A stretch of DNA of 64,000 bases from Azolla caroliniana (Eukaryota > Plantae > Polypodiophyta). Where the stretch lies: assembly GCA_043228905.1 (NCBI GenBank), contig JBHGNT010000009.1:16244001-16308000 (forward strand). The letters are read 5' to 3'. Made by a program: the position numbers and the translations under genes. Under the pieces are notes generated by a model. The model saw only the letters and a program-made list of their open reading frames with translations. It had not been told where the DNA came from and ran no database searches. Shown here piece by piece: positions 1 through 12,900 of this stretch (position 1 is its first letter; each line of letters begins with the position of its first letter).

Positions 1-1890
1 AAACGAATCACCAGCCATTGGTATCACTCACCCACCAGGAAGACTACTACGATGGGCACTCGCTTTGCAAGAATACAATTTTACAATGATTTATTGGAGA
101 GGAGCATCCAACACAGTTGCTGATGCTTTATCTCGGATGGAGTATCATGCTGCACAATGGGCAGAGGATTCTAATGACCTCCAATTTCAGCCACAACAAA
201 TAGCACAAATGCAACAGCAAGACCCTATGATCAAGGACCTCATCCTGCGAATACAGAATAGCCATGACAAGCAGGTATACTGTCATTTTGTGTTAATTGA
301 CAACATACTCCATTTTATTAGTCAAGGCCTCCCTCCACGTCTGTATTTACCGGAGGCATTACAAGCAACTTATCTCGAATTCTATCATAATCATCGGTTG
401 ACAAGTCATTTCGGTTTCCATAAGCTCCTCCATCGCATTCGGTCAATGTATTATTGGCCAAAATTAAGACAGTCTATCTCTACATTCCTACAAACATGCC
501 CCACATGTCAGACCGTAAAAAACCCACAGTCCACATACGGTACCTTGACACCCATTGAAGTCAAGGAACCGTTTGAGATGGTGGGATGGGACCTCATGGG
601 CCCGTTCCCAACATCAATACAAGGAAACAAATATATTTTGGTAATTACAAAATACTTAACACGTTGGTGCGATGTTGTTGCCTTACCGGATGCAACAGCA
701 AATACTGTCGCCAACACCCTTCTACAAAGGGTGATTTTTCCTCACGGATGCCCTCATCAAATTCTTTCAGATCAAGGTTCACAGTTCCGAAAGCGAAGTG
801 ATGCAAGTTCTCACGCAGAGTTTGGGAATAAAGTAGTTGTTTACATCGCCGTATCATCCCCAGACTAACGGCCTCACAGAGAGAATGAATAAAACCATTA
901 AACAAACTATTGCCGCCTATGTTGATCCTTTACATCAATCATGGGATCAAGTATTGCCGTTCGCGGTACACGCATACAACACCTCAGTACAAGAATCCAC
1001 CAAGGTGAGTCCATTTAGGGCATTGTATGGCCGCGATCCTCGTCTCCCACCAGACCCACGCACCATGAAAGTCAACCCACATCATAGTGATGCCACTTCG
1101 TGGTGGTTATACCTACAATCAACGATGCCTCTTCTCCGATGAGCCATTCAATATAATTTGAGTAAAGCCCAACAATGACAAAAGAAATACTTCGACAAAT
1201 CACATAGGCCAACCACACTCAACACCGGCGAATATGTTAGAGTCTATTACCCGGTACGGAAAAAGGGTCTTTGTGAATCATTCATGCACAGATGGTTAGG
1301 ACCATACAAGATCATAGCGCGCATCGGCTCGAACACTTATCGGTTGCGCCAAGTCGATAAATCGACGGAAATAGTCGCACATGTCTCGCGGATTAGGCGC
1401 ATACCTCCACCAACTGAGAATCCCCACCCTGACGACACCGGGGAGGACGCCACGGGTCTGTCGCAACCATCGACACGCCAAGATGTATCCACAATCGATA
1501 ACTCCACGGGTTTGTCGCAGCCATCGACACACCTGGATGTATCCATAGTTGAGGCGCAGGCGCATCCTCCACTCCGCATCAGACCATAGCCGCCCACAAT
1601 CGTCACACCATCGACAGTGTCACAGTCAACATCTCTGATAGGCATGGCACAGTGACTTTCATAGTAAAAAACCCTCGCTGCACAGTAGAGAAAAGAAAAA
1701 CAACGGAATATGTGACTAGGTCCTAATATGTAATTTTTTCTAAAAGGGGGAGGTGTCAAGTGTGGGGGACCACACTAGATGGTTTGGTCCCAAGAGGAAC
1801 CAACAAACTTGTAACTAACTAGGGGTAGAGCCAAGAAAGGTGGAAAACCTTATAAAGAGAGATGCCTACCAAGAGAAGAAAGGGTCGGTA
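1..1890 (+). mobile_element. 3' part of a Ty3/Gypsy LTR retrotransposon (end of RNase H, integrase, PPT, start of 3' LTR), degenerate
   Basis: ORFs 65-868, 837-1142 and 1284-1589 give NTVADALSR, the zinc finger H..H..CPTC, WDLMGPFP, SDQGSQF, YHPQTNGLTER and WLGPY. Polypurine tract AAAAGGGGGAGG at 1742-1753 is followed by TG at 1754. Frameshifts and stops are present. The right end is approximate. Confidence 0.9.
1450..1552 (+). repeat. 54-bp tandem duplication in the integrase C-terminal tail
   Basis: CCACGGGTCTGTCGCAACCATCGACAC is repeated 54 bp later; translation TGLSQPSTRQDVSTIDNS / TGLSQPSTHLDVSIVE. Confidence 0.85.
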
Positions 1891-2039
1891 ATTGAGCACA
1901 TTATAGTATTTCATTATTTAGAATTTTTAGAATTTTTAAGATGTTCCTAAAATGAGAGAATAAGGTGTAAAAATGAAAAATTTGTTTAAAAACAATTTTT
2001 AAATTTTTTTAGAATTTTTTTAAACTTTAAAAAAAAAAT

Positions 2040-2165
2040 TTAAAAACCGTTGAAACCACGGTTTTTGACTGTTGAAACCAAACCGAAACTGAACCGAGCC
2101 GTTGAAACCGTTAAGCCGTGGTTTCGCAGTTTAGTTCGATTCAAACCAAACCGTTGCCGATTGTT
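2040..2165. repeat. Cluster of AAACCG/CGGTTT motifs, probably the subterminal region of a non-autonomous DNA transposon
   Basis: Several AAACC(G) motifs in both orientations next to an AT-rich tract. No partner end was identified. Confidence 0.35.
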
Positions 2166-2169
2166 AACT

Positions 2170-5100
2170 ATTATTAAGATAAGTGCCTCAAGGAGGGCTA
2201 CAAAAATGTAAAATCAGAGAGTATTATATACAAAAAGAAATCGTCATGGCAAGGACCTAGGGTGCTGATATCTCCATAACGGTCCTTTAGAGGAGACTGT
2301 GAACAGAGGCAATTTCCTCCATAGTTGTAGTAATGTTTTCCGTTTCTTCAGAACAACCTCCGAAGTAGGCTATGATATTTCCCTTGTTGAATAGTTGAAT
2401 CAAAGCCAACGAAGTAGCTATGATATGAGATAATAAAATCTAACTTTTGAAATTCAAGCCAAGAGACATGAAGAAAAATGTAAAGTTGTGGCAGAAGTCA
2501 TGCAGGGGCAAACAAGAGCGCCACATGAATCAAAAAGCTCATAACGTCCTCATATGATATCGGATTTCCGCGTTCAAATAGTTGAATCAAAGCCAACGAC
2601 GTAGGCTATGAAATGACCTAATAAAATCTAACTTTTGCAATTTAGGAGAAGATACATAAAGGAAAAAGTAAAGTTGTGGTAGAAGTCAAGCAGGGGCAAA
2701 CAAAGAATGCCCTTCGAAGAGCCTGGCATATTGTCATATTGCCCCTGCACAACTGCCAATAAGCTCCCCCATCATTCCGACAATATATATCTGAGAGAAG
2801 AGGACTTATGGACTCATATCGTCTTTTACAACGATACTTCCATAATGTAGTCGTAGATACTGTTTTCCATACATACATGGGTTACACGCATTTGCTTACA
2901 AGGTTGCTGAAAAGGGGACACACTAATTAGATGTTTGTTGATGATTGTCATAGCCTCCGGAGCATCATCTACTTCATACAACATGAGAATGGAATGGAGA
3001 ACTTACATTCATTGTCAAGAATAAAGAGAGAACTTTATTCCATACCTATTGGGCTATTGAGCATGACCAAAGAGCACATTTGGTAGTTTCCTACATGTCA
3101 CCACAACAATAACATTGTCTAAGACTAGTTGCCACATCTCCTTTCAATGATTGACCTATTGGTAGAGTTGCATGTAGTAAAAATCATCTGAAGAGAATAT
3201 ATTTGGTTGGTCACTTGAAAGACCAAATCCATGTCCAATATGCCTTCAAATGAGTGCTCGAAACACCGCACTTATTCCAGTGCTTTTGAGTTGCAGGAGT
3301 TGGAATATTCTTAGACATGAGTAAGGTTCTGGCCAATTTCACGTTGTACTGAAAGAATGGAACTTTGTGCAATGGATCCATCATGGGATTGGTCCAAAAC
3401 CATCCCCCTAGGTCCCACATCAACCTACTAACTAGTGGTATTGCATATAACCAGAGCATATCCCACAATTGAGCTATTGACGATTGTGGATCTAGTAGCT
3501 ATTTCTTACCAGATTTGGCAATCACCCTAACTGGTAGAGTGAGCAGGTTCTGTAATAAATTATTTGAGGGTGTATAAGGCTGCAATTTATTGTCCTATTG
3601 AATATGGAAATAAAAAATACATCCATCTACTTACATTCCTTTAACATAAAGCATCATGCCATTCATAAGGCATCCAAACCACATATGCTCCTACATTGGT
3701 TGAAGTCGCGTCGAGGATTGTGAGAAAGCCACTGAGATTTCCGTTGTCATTGTTTTTGCCCCATATACCGAGTGTAACAGCTTAAGTCGATCCACTTCTG
3801 GCATCTTTTGAAATTGAATCCAAGATCTCACTGATGTTGTTGGTCCATTGTCAAGTTTTCCCTAGGCGAGACGAGTCCTAAGGCCCAATACATTTCCAAC
3901 AGAATCTCGGACGAAAGAATTAGTTAATAGTGGTCGATTCATCCAACCATCGCACGTGTTAGGCATCTGTTTGTGTAAGAAAATCTTGATTGCATCCCAT
4001 GCTCTGACGATTCCCTAGAGAAATCTATTGGATGTCTGATTTCATCTTGGTGTTTGTGCATTTGTCAAGAACATCCATTTCAAAGAATGCAACCAGTTGC
4101 CTCCCGTCTTGGGAGATTTAGTTGATTAAGTAGCATACCCTCCCAGAGGAAGTTACGTACGAGGCTTTGAACTTTCATGATTGCCAACCTAGAGAACAAC
4201 CAAATCGATGCAATAAACCACATTGAGGCCAACAACACCGAGTTTGTGATCACAACTCGGCCTGCAAAGGATAGGTGCTGAGAGTCCCAATATACTAGCT
4301 TATGCGTGATTGATAACAACAATGGAGATAACATCGCTTCATATGGTAAATTTATACCAACAAGACAACCTAAGTAACGAATGGGCTCCCCATGATTAAG
4401 CCAACAGAATGTAGGGCCTGGATACCACGATGGACGTGGTTCATCACTTACCTAGAGGCCTACAGATTTATTCCAATTGCCAGAAGCTCTAGTAGCATCT
4501 GAAAATGTCTGTTTGTACTTAATCAAGATTAATAATATCTCCATGAATATAAAGAGTAGTGTCATCCACAAACATAACATCAAGAATTGTCATGTTTGCT
4601 TGGATGGACGCCATTGAGGATCTGAGAAACGATGATAGAGCTTCCCCAAATTGAATGAAATGAAAAGGTGCTAACAAACAACCTTGTCTGAAAGATCTGG
4701 AAATTAGAAATAATTTACCATAGCCTCCAAAAAATAAAACAGAGTTGGAAGCATGTCTATATAATGCAGACACACCTTTTAGCCATGCACATGGAAACCC
4801 TAATCTTAAGAGCCTCCAGAAAGTCCCAATCTACTTTATCATATGCTTTCTCAAAATGTAATAATAGTATAGCAAGGGATTGTTTATGATGTTGAGCCAA
4901 TGCGGCCATCTCCCAGAAAAGGAAAATATTGTCAAAGATGCTTATGTATCGAAGGAATCTTGATTGTGTATCATGTATAATCAAGGGAAGCATTGGGCAC
5001 ATTCTATTGACTATATTCTTTGCCACTATTTTATAGATGTCGTTAAGCAAAGTTATTGGACGCCATTTTGAGATTTCATCACATTGAGCATCTGATTTTG

Positions 5101-8100
5101 GAATCATGTATATGATTTCTTTCGTCCATTCATCAGGCATATGCCCTATTGAGAAGATTAAATTAACTACTCTAGTAAGAATAGGCCCCATCAAGTCCCA
5201 ATAATGCAAATAAAATACCACTCCTATGGCATCCTTTCTAGGAGACACATATTTTCTAGGGATTTAGCTGTTGTCCAGACTTCAGTGTCTGTAAATGGTT
5301 GAAGCAATTGAGAAGCCATTACATGAGTAACCTTTTGTTGTGTTGTTTCTAGTACAACTTGTCCCTTATTAATATCCTCTAAGAAGGATTTAGCAGATAA
5401 CAACTGATGATAATATGCCATAGCTATGTCCTGCATCTCAGAATCATCCGTTGTATAAGAACCATCTGGTCGTTTTAGGGGTTTAATAGATAATGGTTTA
5501 TACTTTTGTTTAAATTGACTGAAAAACTCTTTGTTAACCCTATCCTGTTTTTGTGACCAGGAAGCTGTATTATGCTGGTAGAAATACAAGGCTCTCGCGT
5601 TTTGCTTTTCTTTTAAATTGCTTTTTACTTGTTGTAAATCCAAGAGTAACATAGGTGAGGTTGGAAAATTTTCCAATAACTTTTGTGTGGCAACCAATGC
5701 CCGACGTAAATTAGCAATCTGTGCATTGCATTGATCAACTAAAGAGGCAACTATATTTATGAAGTTCTTAATGTCGAGGATGGCATGGGTGATATCTCCA
5801 AGCAAAGAGGCATTAGAGAAGCTATATTTAGACCAGATTTGAGATATAGAAACTCTATTAGTTCCATCAACAATGAGGTCGGGATACGGAATTGCTTAAG
5901 ATAAGATCTTCTAGTGAATTCAATGTTTAACTTCAATGGATAATGATCAGAACTTACCGTCCTAGCAATAATACCCATATATCCAAAACCATCCCCAAAA
6001 AAGCTATTGCATAGAACCTATCTAATCGTGCCAAATTAGTTGCAACCATACTACCATTTGACTGGGAGAAATGAAGAGAGCCTTGCATTCGAGAGAAGGA
6101 ATGAATATTCCATAGGTCTAGTAATCCAAAAGAGAAACAGAAGGAATCCTAGCTCTATCTTCTCGACCTGTAATTGTGCTAATTGAGCCTCCCCTTCTAT
6201 CATATGCTTCCTCAATCATGTTAAAGTCACCACCCACAAGCCAAGAATCCGCTAATCTGGCATATTCAGAGAGAGAAATCCAAAAGGAAGCTCTTCCTGA
6301 TGTTGAGCTAGAAGCATATAAATTTATAATACCAGCCTTCTGAGGTCCTATTTGAAGAATAAGAAATTGCGCCCTTTTATTCAAAATAGTAGCTATCGAG
6401 ACTATGATGAATGCCCATTGTTCTTTAATCACCATACATAAACCAACTTGTCTATTGTTTGGACCTATCACTGGGACCTAGAAATGTATCCATCTACCTG
6501 GTAGGATCGAACCATAACTCCGTAGCCTATCAGCGGACAGTGATGCTCTTGCAGAAGAAGAATATCAATAGCACCAACATTAGGTGTATCTAGATCTGCT
6601 CGTAGAAGTCCTTTAAATCTAGGAAAGGCCTGACCCCCCAGGCCTTGCACATTCCAGGAAAGGAGATTTAACTTTTCCATACTACATATGATTTGATGAT
6701 GTCCACTTCTCAAGGAGAGCATCCCGACGACTTTTCTTTGTGCCCTCTTGAGCGTGGATCTATTTCTTTGTTAGCAAGTCCTTCCCCGCATACTTATGAA
6801 CCCTATGATCTTTGACAGCCTTATCCAACAACTGTCCTATTGCCATATCCTGCGAGGATCCAAACTTGAATACATTGTCCTCTTTCTCTATTAATAATAG
6901 AGCTTTTCCTCTATTATTATCAGTGGTAGCTACATGTGCAGCTTCCTCCAGTTGTTCGGTAGCAACAACCATCATCTTCTACTGCCCTTGCAGCCCTAAC
7001 TTTCCTTGCTGAGCTATTTCAATCTCCATGTCTTCTTGATGTTGGGTAATTGCCTTCTCTTTCAATTTTTCTAACGAGATTGTTTTAACAGGAAAACTCA
7101 ACTGAGGTTCCTGTATAAATTTGATAGGTGGTTGACCCTTTATCAATTGAGAAGATGACTTAGAAAGCATTGTTGTCATTAGGGAACATGTATCATTTTT
7201 TGACAAGACCAATGAACTTGTAGCAAGTGGCTCTTGAGGAACCTCATCTTCTTGTTGAAGTATTTTATATTTATTTTGAAGGGGAGGAAATTCCTAAAGG
7301 TTATTAGACTGCACTTGCCGAGTTTTACTTGACAAAGCATTTAGAGATGTTTTCCTATTCCCTACTATAGTCCATCCCTCATATGAGGCCTTGAATGGAA
7401 CAATGGTTGTAGAGGCCTCCACTATATGAGAAGCACTAGTAAACTTAGGACAATGTTTGGCCAAATGGCCAAACCCGAAACATTGAAAAAATTGATTAGG
7501 TAGACCTCGACACATGATTTTTTGAGAGTATGAAGGTTGTGTTGAGTCCAACAAATTAGGCAACAGAATGTGAGGTGGCAATACCGAAGTTTTAGACATC
7601 AAAAGCTTAGCTGACACGCGCTTAACATTTTGTCAATTACTTTCCGTGGCTTATCATACACTTCCCATACAGTACCAATCATAGCAAAAATTAAAGTGAC
7701 AGAAGATATCCATTCTTTATGCAAGTTTGGGAGAACCACCATACATGTATAAAGAGAATCAAGGTCATGGTGTACTTGGTTTGCCGAAAAATTGTGGATC
7801 TATTTGTGAAAAGAAACCCATCCTCCCTTGACTAGGACAACTTTCCTTTCTAACAGAAATGGCACTAAGCACTCTGACTCAAACTTGAGTTGATAATAAT
7901 TCCTTCCTAACATCTGCACATCCAATATTATCAACATCTTTCTTCAACGCAACTTGCAATAATAAACGAAGATCCGCACGTGATGGACGAATGTCCAACA
8001 CACGCGCAATGATCGTCCGCCTTTCCAATAGTTGAATCTCGGCGGTGGTGGGAAGGCTGCTCTGCCTAAATCCTAAACGGTAAGATCAGGTTGGAGATGA

Positions 8101-8390
8101 CTCCGACGTCATCAGACAGTCTTTCCTCCTCCGATTATCTTCAAGGTCAATTAAAAACCGGCGACTTTGTTTCTTCTCTATGAAACCCTAACCCTAATCA
8201 GTGTAACCAACATTTGTATTTCTTCTCTCTTTAGCATGTCAAAGCATCCTTCAACATGTCCTAATAACTACACAGATCTCCTTCAAGGGTAGATGGAAGC
8301 AACTTGATCCTCAACTCAATTGTGTTGAAAAGCAAATCCCTTCTCTCCCCTTCTCTCCTCAGTTCTAAGTCTGTCGCCATTTTTTTACAC
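2170..8390 (-). mobile_element. Full-length degenerate L1-clade LINE (ORF1 with zinc knuckle; ORF2 APE endonuclease plus RT)
   Basis: ORF1 knuckle (C)FQCFGFGHLAKHC near 7460-7490. APE motifs LSWNVQGLG, LLQEH, GGDFN, SDHYP. RT motifs KWRPITLLN, (D)FEKAYDKVDWDFL, RQGCLLAP, FVDDTTLY, LSFAGR. Many stops and frameshifts. Confidence 0.92.
2366..2710. repeat. Short insertion (about 1.8 monomers) of the 189-bp satellite in the LINE 3' region
   Basis: Matches the first two monomers of the 10541 array. Flanked by CCTCCGAAG (2357-2365) and CCTTCGAAG (2711-2719). Confidence 0.9.
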
Positions 8391-8734
8391 TCTTTACCTT
8401 AACTTTCTTACTTTAAAAAGGAAATTGCCTTTTAATAAATAATGAATACCAAAGTATGGTATTTTACCATACTTCCAAGGTGTTTACCATACTCGAATGA
8501 TTGAAACATCCTCGAATGCGAATGCACGTATGTTTCATACTATGGATATATATATATATATTGACCCATGCATGATGGTCGTTGTATTCTCCATCCGTAA
8601 TATTCGTATTAGGACCAAATGGTCGGATCAAGGTGTGTGTACGGATAGGCACACGACGGTTAGAGGGTGGTTAAGCTAAACAAGAGGAAGTAGGCAACAT
8701 ACACTAATGAGAGAGAAATGAGAGAGAGAGAAAA

Positions 8735-8934
8735 ATGTTTTTATTAAAAGAGGGTGGTGGTCTTACGCAAACTAGTTTCACTCTATAGTGGAGCTCTTCA
8801 ATGCAAAGACCATTACAACAAGAGAATGTGATTAATAAAGGGGTGGGGAGGAAAGAGATGAAGAGGGAGTGAGAGAAAAGGAGTGGGGAGGATTTAATTT
8901 GTGTAGTAAATGAGATATAATAGGAGGTGGTGAT

Positions 8935-8985
<51 letters not shown>

Positions 8986-9948
8986 GTGTGTATGAAAGTG
9001 ATAGGGAGTGAAATGTGTGCATGAAAGTGATAGGGAGTGAGAGAGAGGGGAATGAGTGTAATGATGGGTATAGGAGTGAGGGGGGGGGGGGTCTTAATGT
9101 GATGGAAAAGGGTTTTAGGATGGTGGTATAATATTAAGTGGGGGATTTTGGTGGATTTTTTGAAAACTTGGTCTTAACTAGGAGGGCATGTATGAACTTA
9201 GATTTTGTCCAACATATTAAGGGGCATGAGATGCTAGCAAGATCGGGATCTAACACTAAGACATTATAGAGAATTTTAAGAAAACTATGAATGCCTAAAT
9301 TTGGGGTATTTTTGGTGTATCTAAGTTTAAAGATTGTAGGGTTAAGGGAGGTCGTAGTTCATGGTTGATATAGGAATGTTTTTCTAAGATTAAAGGGTAT
9401 TTTCCTATAGCTTTTTAGTATGAAGGAAGGGGGGTAACCACGGTTAACTAGTCTATTGAAAAAAAGTTTTTTCATTTGGTAGAAACTTAATGGGGTGCTT
9501 TCTCTAATGAGTTATCTCACTTCATTAGTGATAAAGTGTTGTTTTATATGGGGAGGATGATCCAATGAAAAAGGCGAGTATTGGTATGAATTGAGAGGTT
9601 TTTGAAAGCAATTAAATGAAAAAAGTGAGTTTTCGAGGTTGATCCATATGTCTCAGAAAGGTAGCCTAAAGGGGGAAGTTTGAATAGTAAGTTTGATGGA
9701 GTTATTTGTGTGTAAAGGGTAAATGTCAAGATATTCTAAATGTTGAGATTTGGTGTCTATCCAAACCCCAAATGCATCATCAATATAGTGGGTGAAGTAG
9801 AAGAGATGGTTGTAAGTTTTTGAGATATACTAAAAAGAGGCAAGCATATACAAATGAAAAGGTGTTGCCCATAGCTGTACCTTTTATTTGTTGGTAGACT
9901 ACGTTGTCGAAAGTGAGACCATGGTATTCTAAAACAAGGGCACTAAGT
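8735..9948 (-). mobile_element. Penelope-like retroelement, 3' part (RT motifs B-E, thumb/linker, 3' UTR)
   Basis: LTFDNVVYQQIKGTAMG..YACLF, YIDD (plus strand TCATCAATATA near 9777-9787), LEYLD, RLVNRGYPPSFI. The protein ends near 9135 and is followed by a low-complexity UTR, the hammerhead and AATAAA. Confidence 0.85.
8755..8815 (-). ncRNA. Minimal type I hammerhead ribozyme (degenerate) at the 3' end of the Penelope-like element
   Basis: Minus strand reads GGTCTTTGCA-TTGAAGA-GCTC-cactata-GAGT-GAAA-CTAGTT-TGCGTAAGACC: stem I, CUGANGA-like core, stem II, GAAA, palindromic short stem III, stem I partner. There are three C>T changes from the consensus. Confidence 0.75.
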
Positions 9949-12900
9949 TGTCTGTCTTTTGATGTCAGCTTTTGTGCGACTTTTTGCGATGGCATTTTCA
10001 TGGCGGCAATCTCGGTTCCTCCCCCTCAAGCCTATGACGAAGGCTTGTAGCGCAAAAATGGTTGAAGGCCGATTGCTTGCACCCATCGTGGGCCATGAGC
10101 CACTTCTATAGAGCTCTTGAGCTCTTGTTCGGTCGCTACCTGCATCGTGAAGGCATAATGATGGGCCATGTACTCATTGTAGCCAAGTCAAGTGATGAGA
10201 TTCTTCTCTCTAGAAGAGCATCAAAGTTTTTCGTTTTCCGATATGAGCACCTTCTTTACTTCGGGTGTCCACATGATGGGTACACCAAACTCACTATCTA
10301 GTGAGTGAGCCGACACATCCGAATCATTGTCGTCGGGGTGATCGACTTCGTATTCAGGCATCTTACCTTTGCCTTTGTCCAAGTTCGGACTTGGCCGCGA
10401 TGTGGTTGGATTGTCATTTGGTAGAGGACTTGTCCGAATATCGTCCTCCGAGTTGACGTTCAACTCTTCCTCGGTCGGGTCGGGTGTCACCGAATCAAGC
10501 TTATACCAAGATGTCGATTCGTTGAAGCCTACGAGGATACATTTCCCTTGTTGAATAGTTGAATCAAAGCCAACGAAGTAGGATATGATATGAGGTAATA
10601 AAATCTAAGTTTTGAAATTCAGGCCAAGAGACATGAAGAAAAATGTAAAGTTGTGGCAGAAGCCATGTAGGGGCAAACAAGAGCGCCCACATGAATAAAA
10701 AAGCTCATAGCATCCTCATATGATATTGGATTTCCGCGTTCAAATAGTTGAATCAAAGCCAACGATGTAGGCTATGAAGTGACCTAATAAAATCTAACTT
10801 TTGCAATTCAGGAGAAAAGACATGAAGGAAAATGTAAAGTTGTGGTAGAAGTCAAGCAAGGGCAAACAAGAACGCCCACATGAATCAAGAAGCTCATAGC
10901 GTCCTCATATGATATTGGATTTCAGTGTTCAAATAGTTGAATCGAAGCTAATGAAGTAGGCTTTGATATGACCTACTAAAATCTACCTTTTGAAATTCAG
11001 GCCAAAAGACATAAAGGAAAAAGTAAAGTTGTGGTAGAAGTCATGCATGAGCAAACAAGAGCGCCCAGATGAATAAAAAAACTCATAGCGTCCTCATATG
11101 ACATCCAATTTCCGAGTTCAAAAAGTTGAATCAAAGCCAACAATGTAGGCTACCAAATCACCTAATAAAATTTACGTTTTGAAATTCAGGAGAAAAGACC
11201 TGAAGGAAAAAGTAAAGTTGTGGTAGAAGTCAAGCAAGGGCAAACAAGAATGCCCACATGAATCAAGAAGCTCATAGCATCCTCATATGATATCGGATTT
11301 CCAAGTTCAAATAATTGAATCGAAACCAATGAATTAGTTGTGATATGAGCTAATAAAATCTAAGTTTTGAAATTAAGCCCAAGAGACATGAAGGAAAATG
11401 TAAAGTTGTGGTAGAAGTCATGCACGGGCAAACAAGAGCACCCACCCACATGAATCAAAAAACTCATAGCGTCCTCATATGATATCAGATTTCTGAGTTC
11501 AAATAGTTGAACCGAAGCCAACGAAGTAGTCTATGATATGATCTAATAAAATCGAAAATTTGAAATTCAGGCCAAGAGACATGAAGGAAAAAGTAAAGTA
11601 GTGGTAGAAGGCATGCACGGGCAAACAAGAGCGCCCACATGAATGAAAAAGCTCATAGCGTCCTCATATGATATCCGATTTTTGCGTTCAAATAGTTGAA
11701 TTAAAGCCAACGACGTAGGATATGAAATGACCTAATAAAATCTACATTTTAAAATTCAGGCCAAGATACATGAAGGAAAATGTAAAGTTGTCATAGAAGT
11801 CATGCACGGACAAATAAGAACGTCCACATGAATCAAAAAGCTCATATTGTCATCATATGATATCGGATTTCAGAGTTCAAATAGTTGAATGAAAGGCAAT
11901 GAAGTAGGCTATGATATGAGAGAATAAATTCTAACTTTTAAAATTCATGCCAAGAGAAATGAAGGAAAAAGTAAAGTTGTGGTAAAAGTTAGGAAGGGGC
12001 AAACAAGAACGCCCACATGAATCAAAAAGCTCGTAGCGTCCTCATATGATATTGGATTTCAGTGTTCAAATAGTTGAATCGAAGCAAACGAAGTAGGTTA
12101 TGGTATGACATAATAAAATATAATTTTTGAAATATAGGCCAAGAGACATGGAGGAAAAAGTAAAGTTGTGGTAGAAGTCATGGAGGGGCAAACAAGAGCG
12201 CCCAAATGAATGAAAAAGCTCATAGCATCCTCATATGATATCGGCTTTTAGAGTTCAAATAGTTGAATTGAAGATCCCGAAGTAGGCTATGATATGAGGT
12301 AATAAAATCTAAGTTTTGAAATTCAGGCCAAGAGACATGAAGGAAAATGTGAAGTTGTGGCAGAAGTCATGTAGGGGCAAACAAGAGCACTCACATGAAT
12401 AAAAAAGCTCATAACATCCTCACATGATATCGGATTTTAGAGTTCAAATAGTTGAATCAAAGCCAACAAAGTAGGCTATGATATGAGCTAATAAAATCTA
12501 AATTTTGAAATTCAGGATAAGAGATATGAAGGAAAATGTAAAGTTGTGGTAGAAGTCATGCACAACTTTATTTTTTCCTTGCTTGACTTCTACCACAACT
12601 TTATTTTTTCCTTTATGTCTGTTCTCTTGAATTTCAAAATTTTGATTTTATTAGGTCATTTCATAGCCTACGTCGTTGGCTTTGATTCAACTATTTGAAC
12701 GCAGAAATCCGATATCATATGAGGATGCTATGAGCTTTTTGATTCATGTGGGCGCTCTTGTCTGCCCATGCATGCCTTCTACCACAACTTTACTTTTTCC
12801 TTCATGTCTCTTGTCCTGAATTTCAAAATTTCTAATTTATTAGATCATATCATAGCCTACTTGATTGGCTTCAATTCAACTATTTGAACTCAGAAATCTG

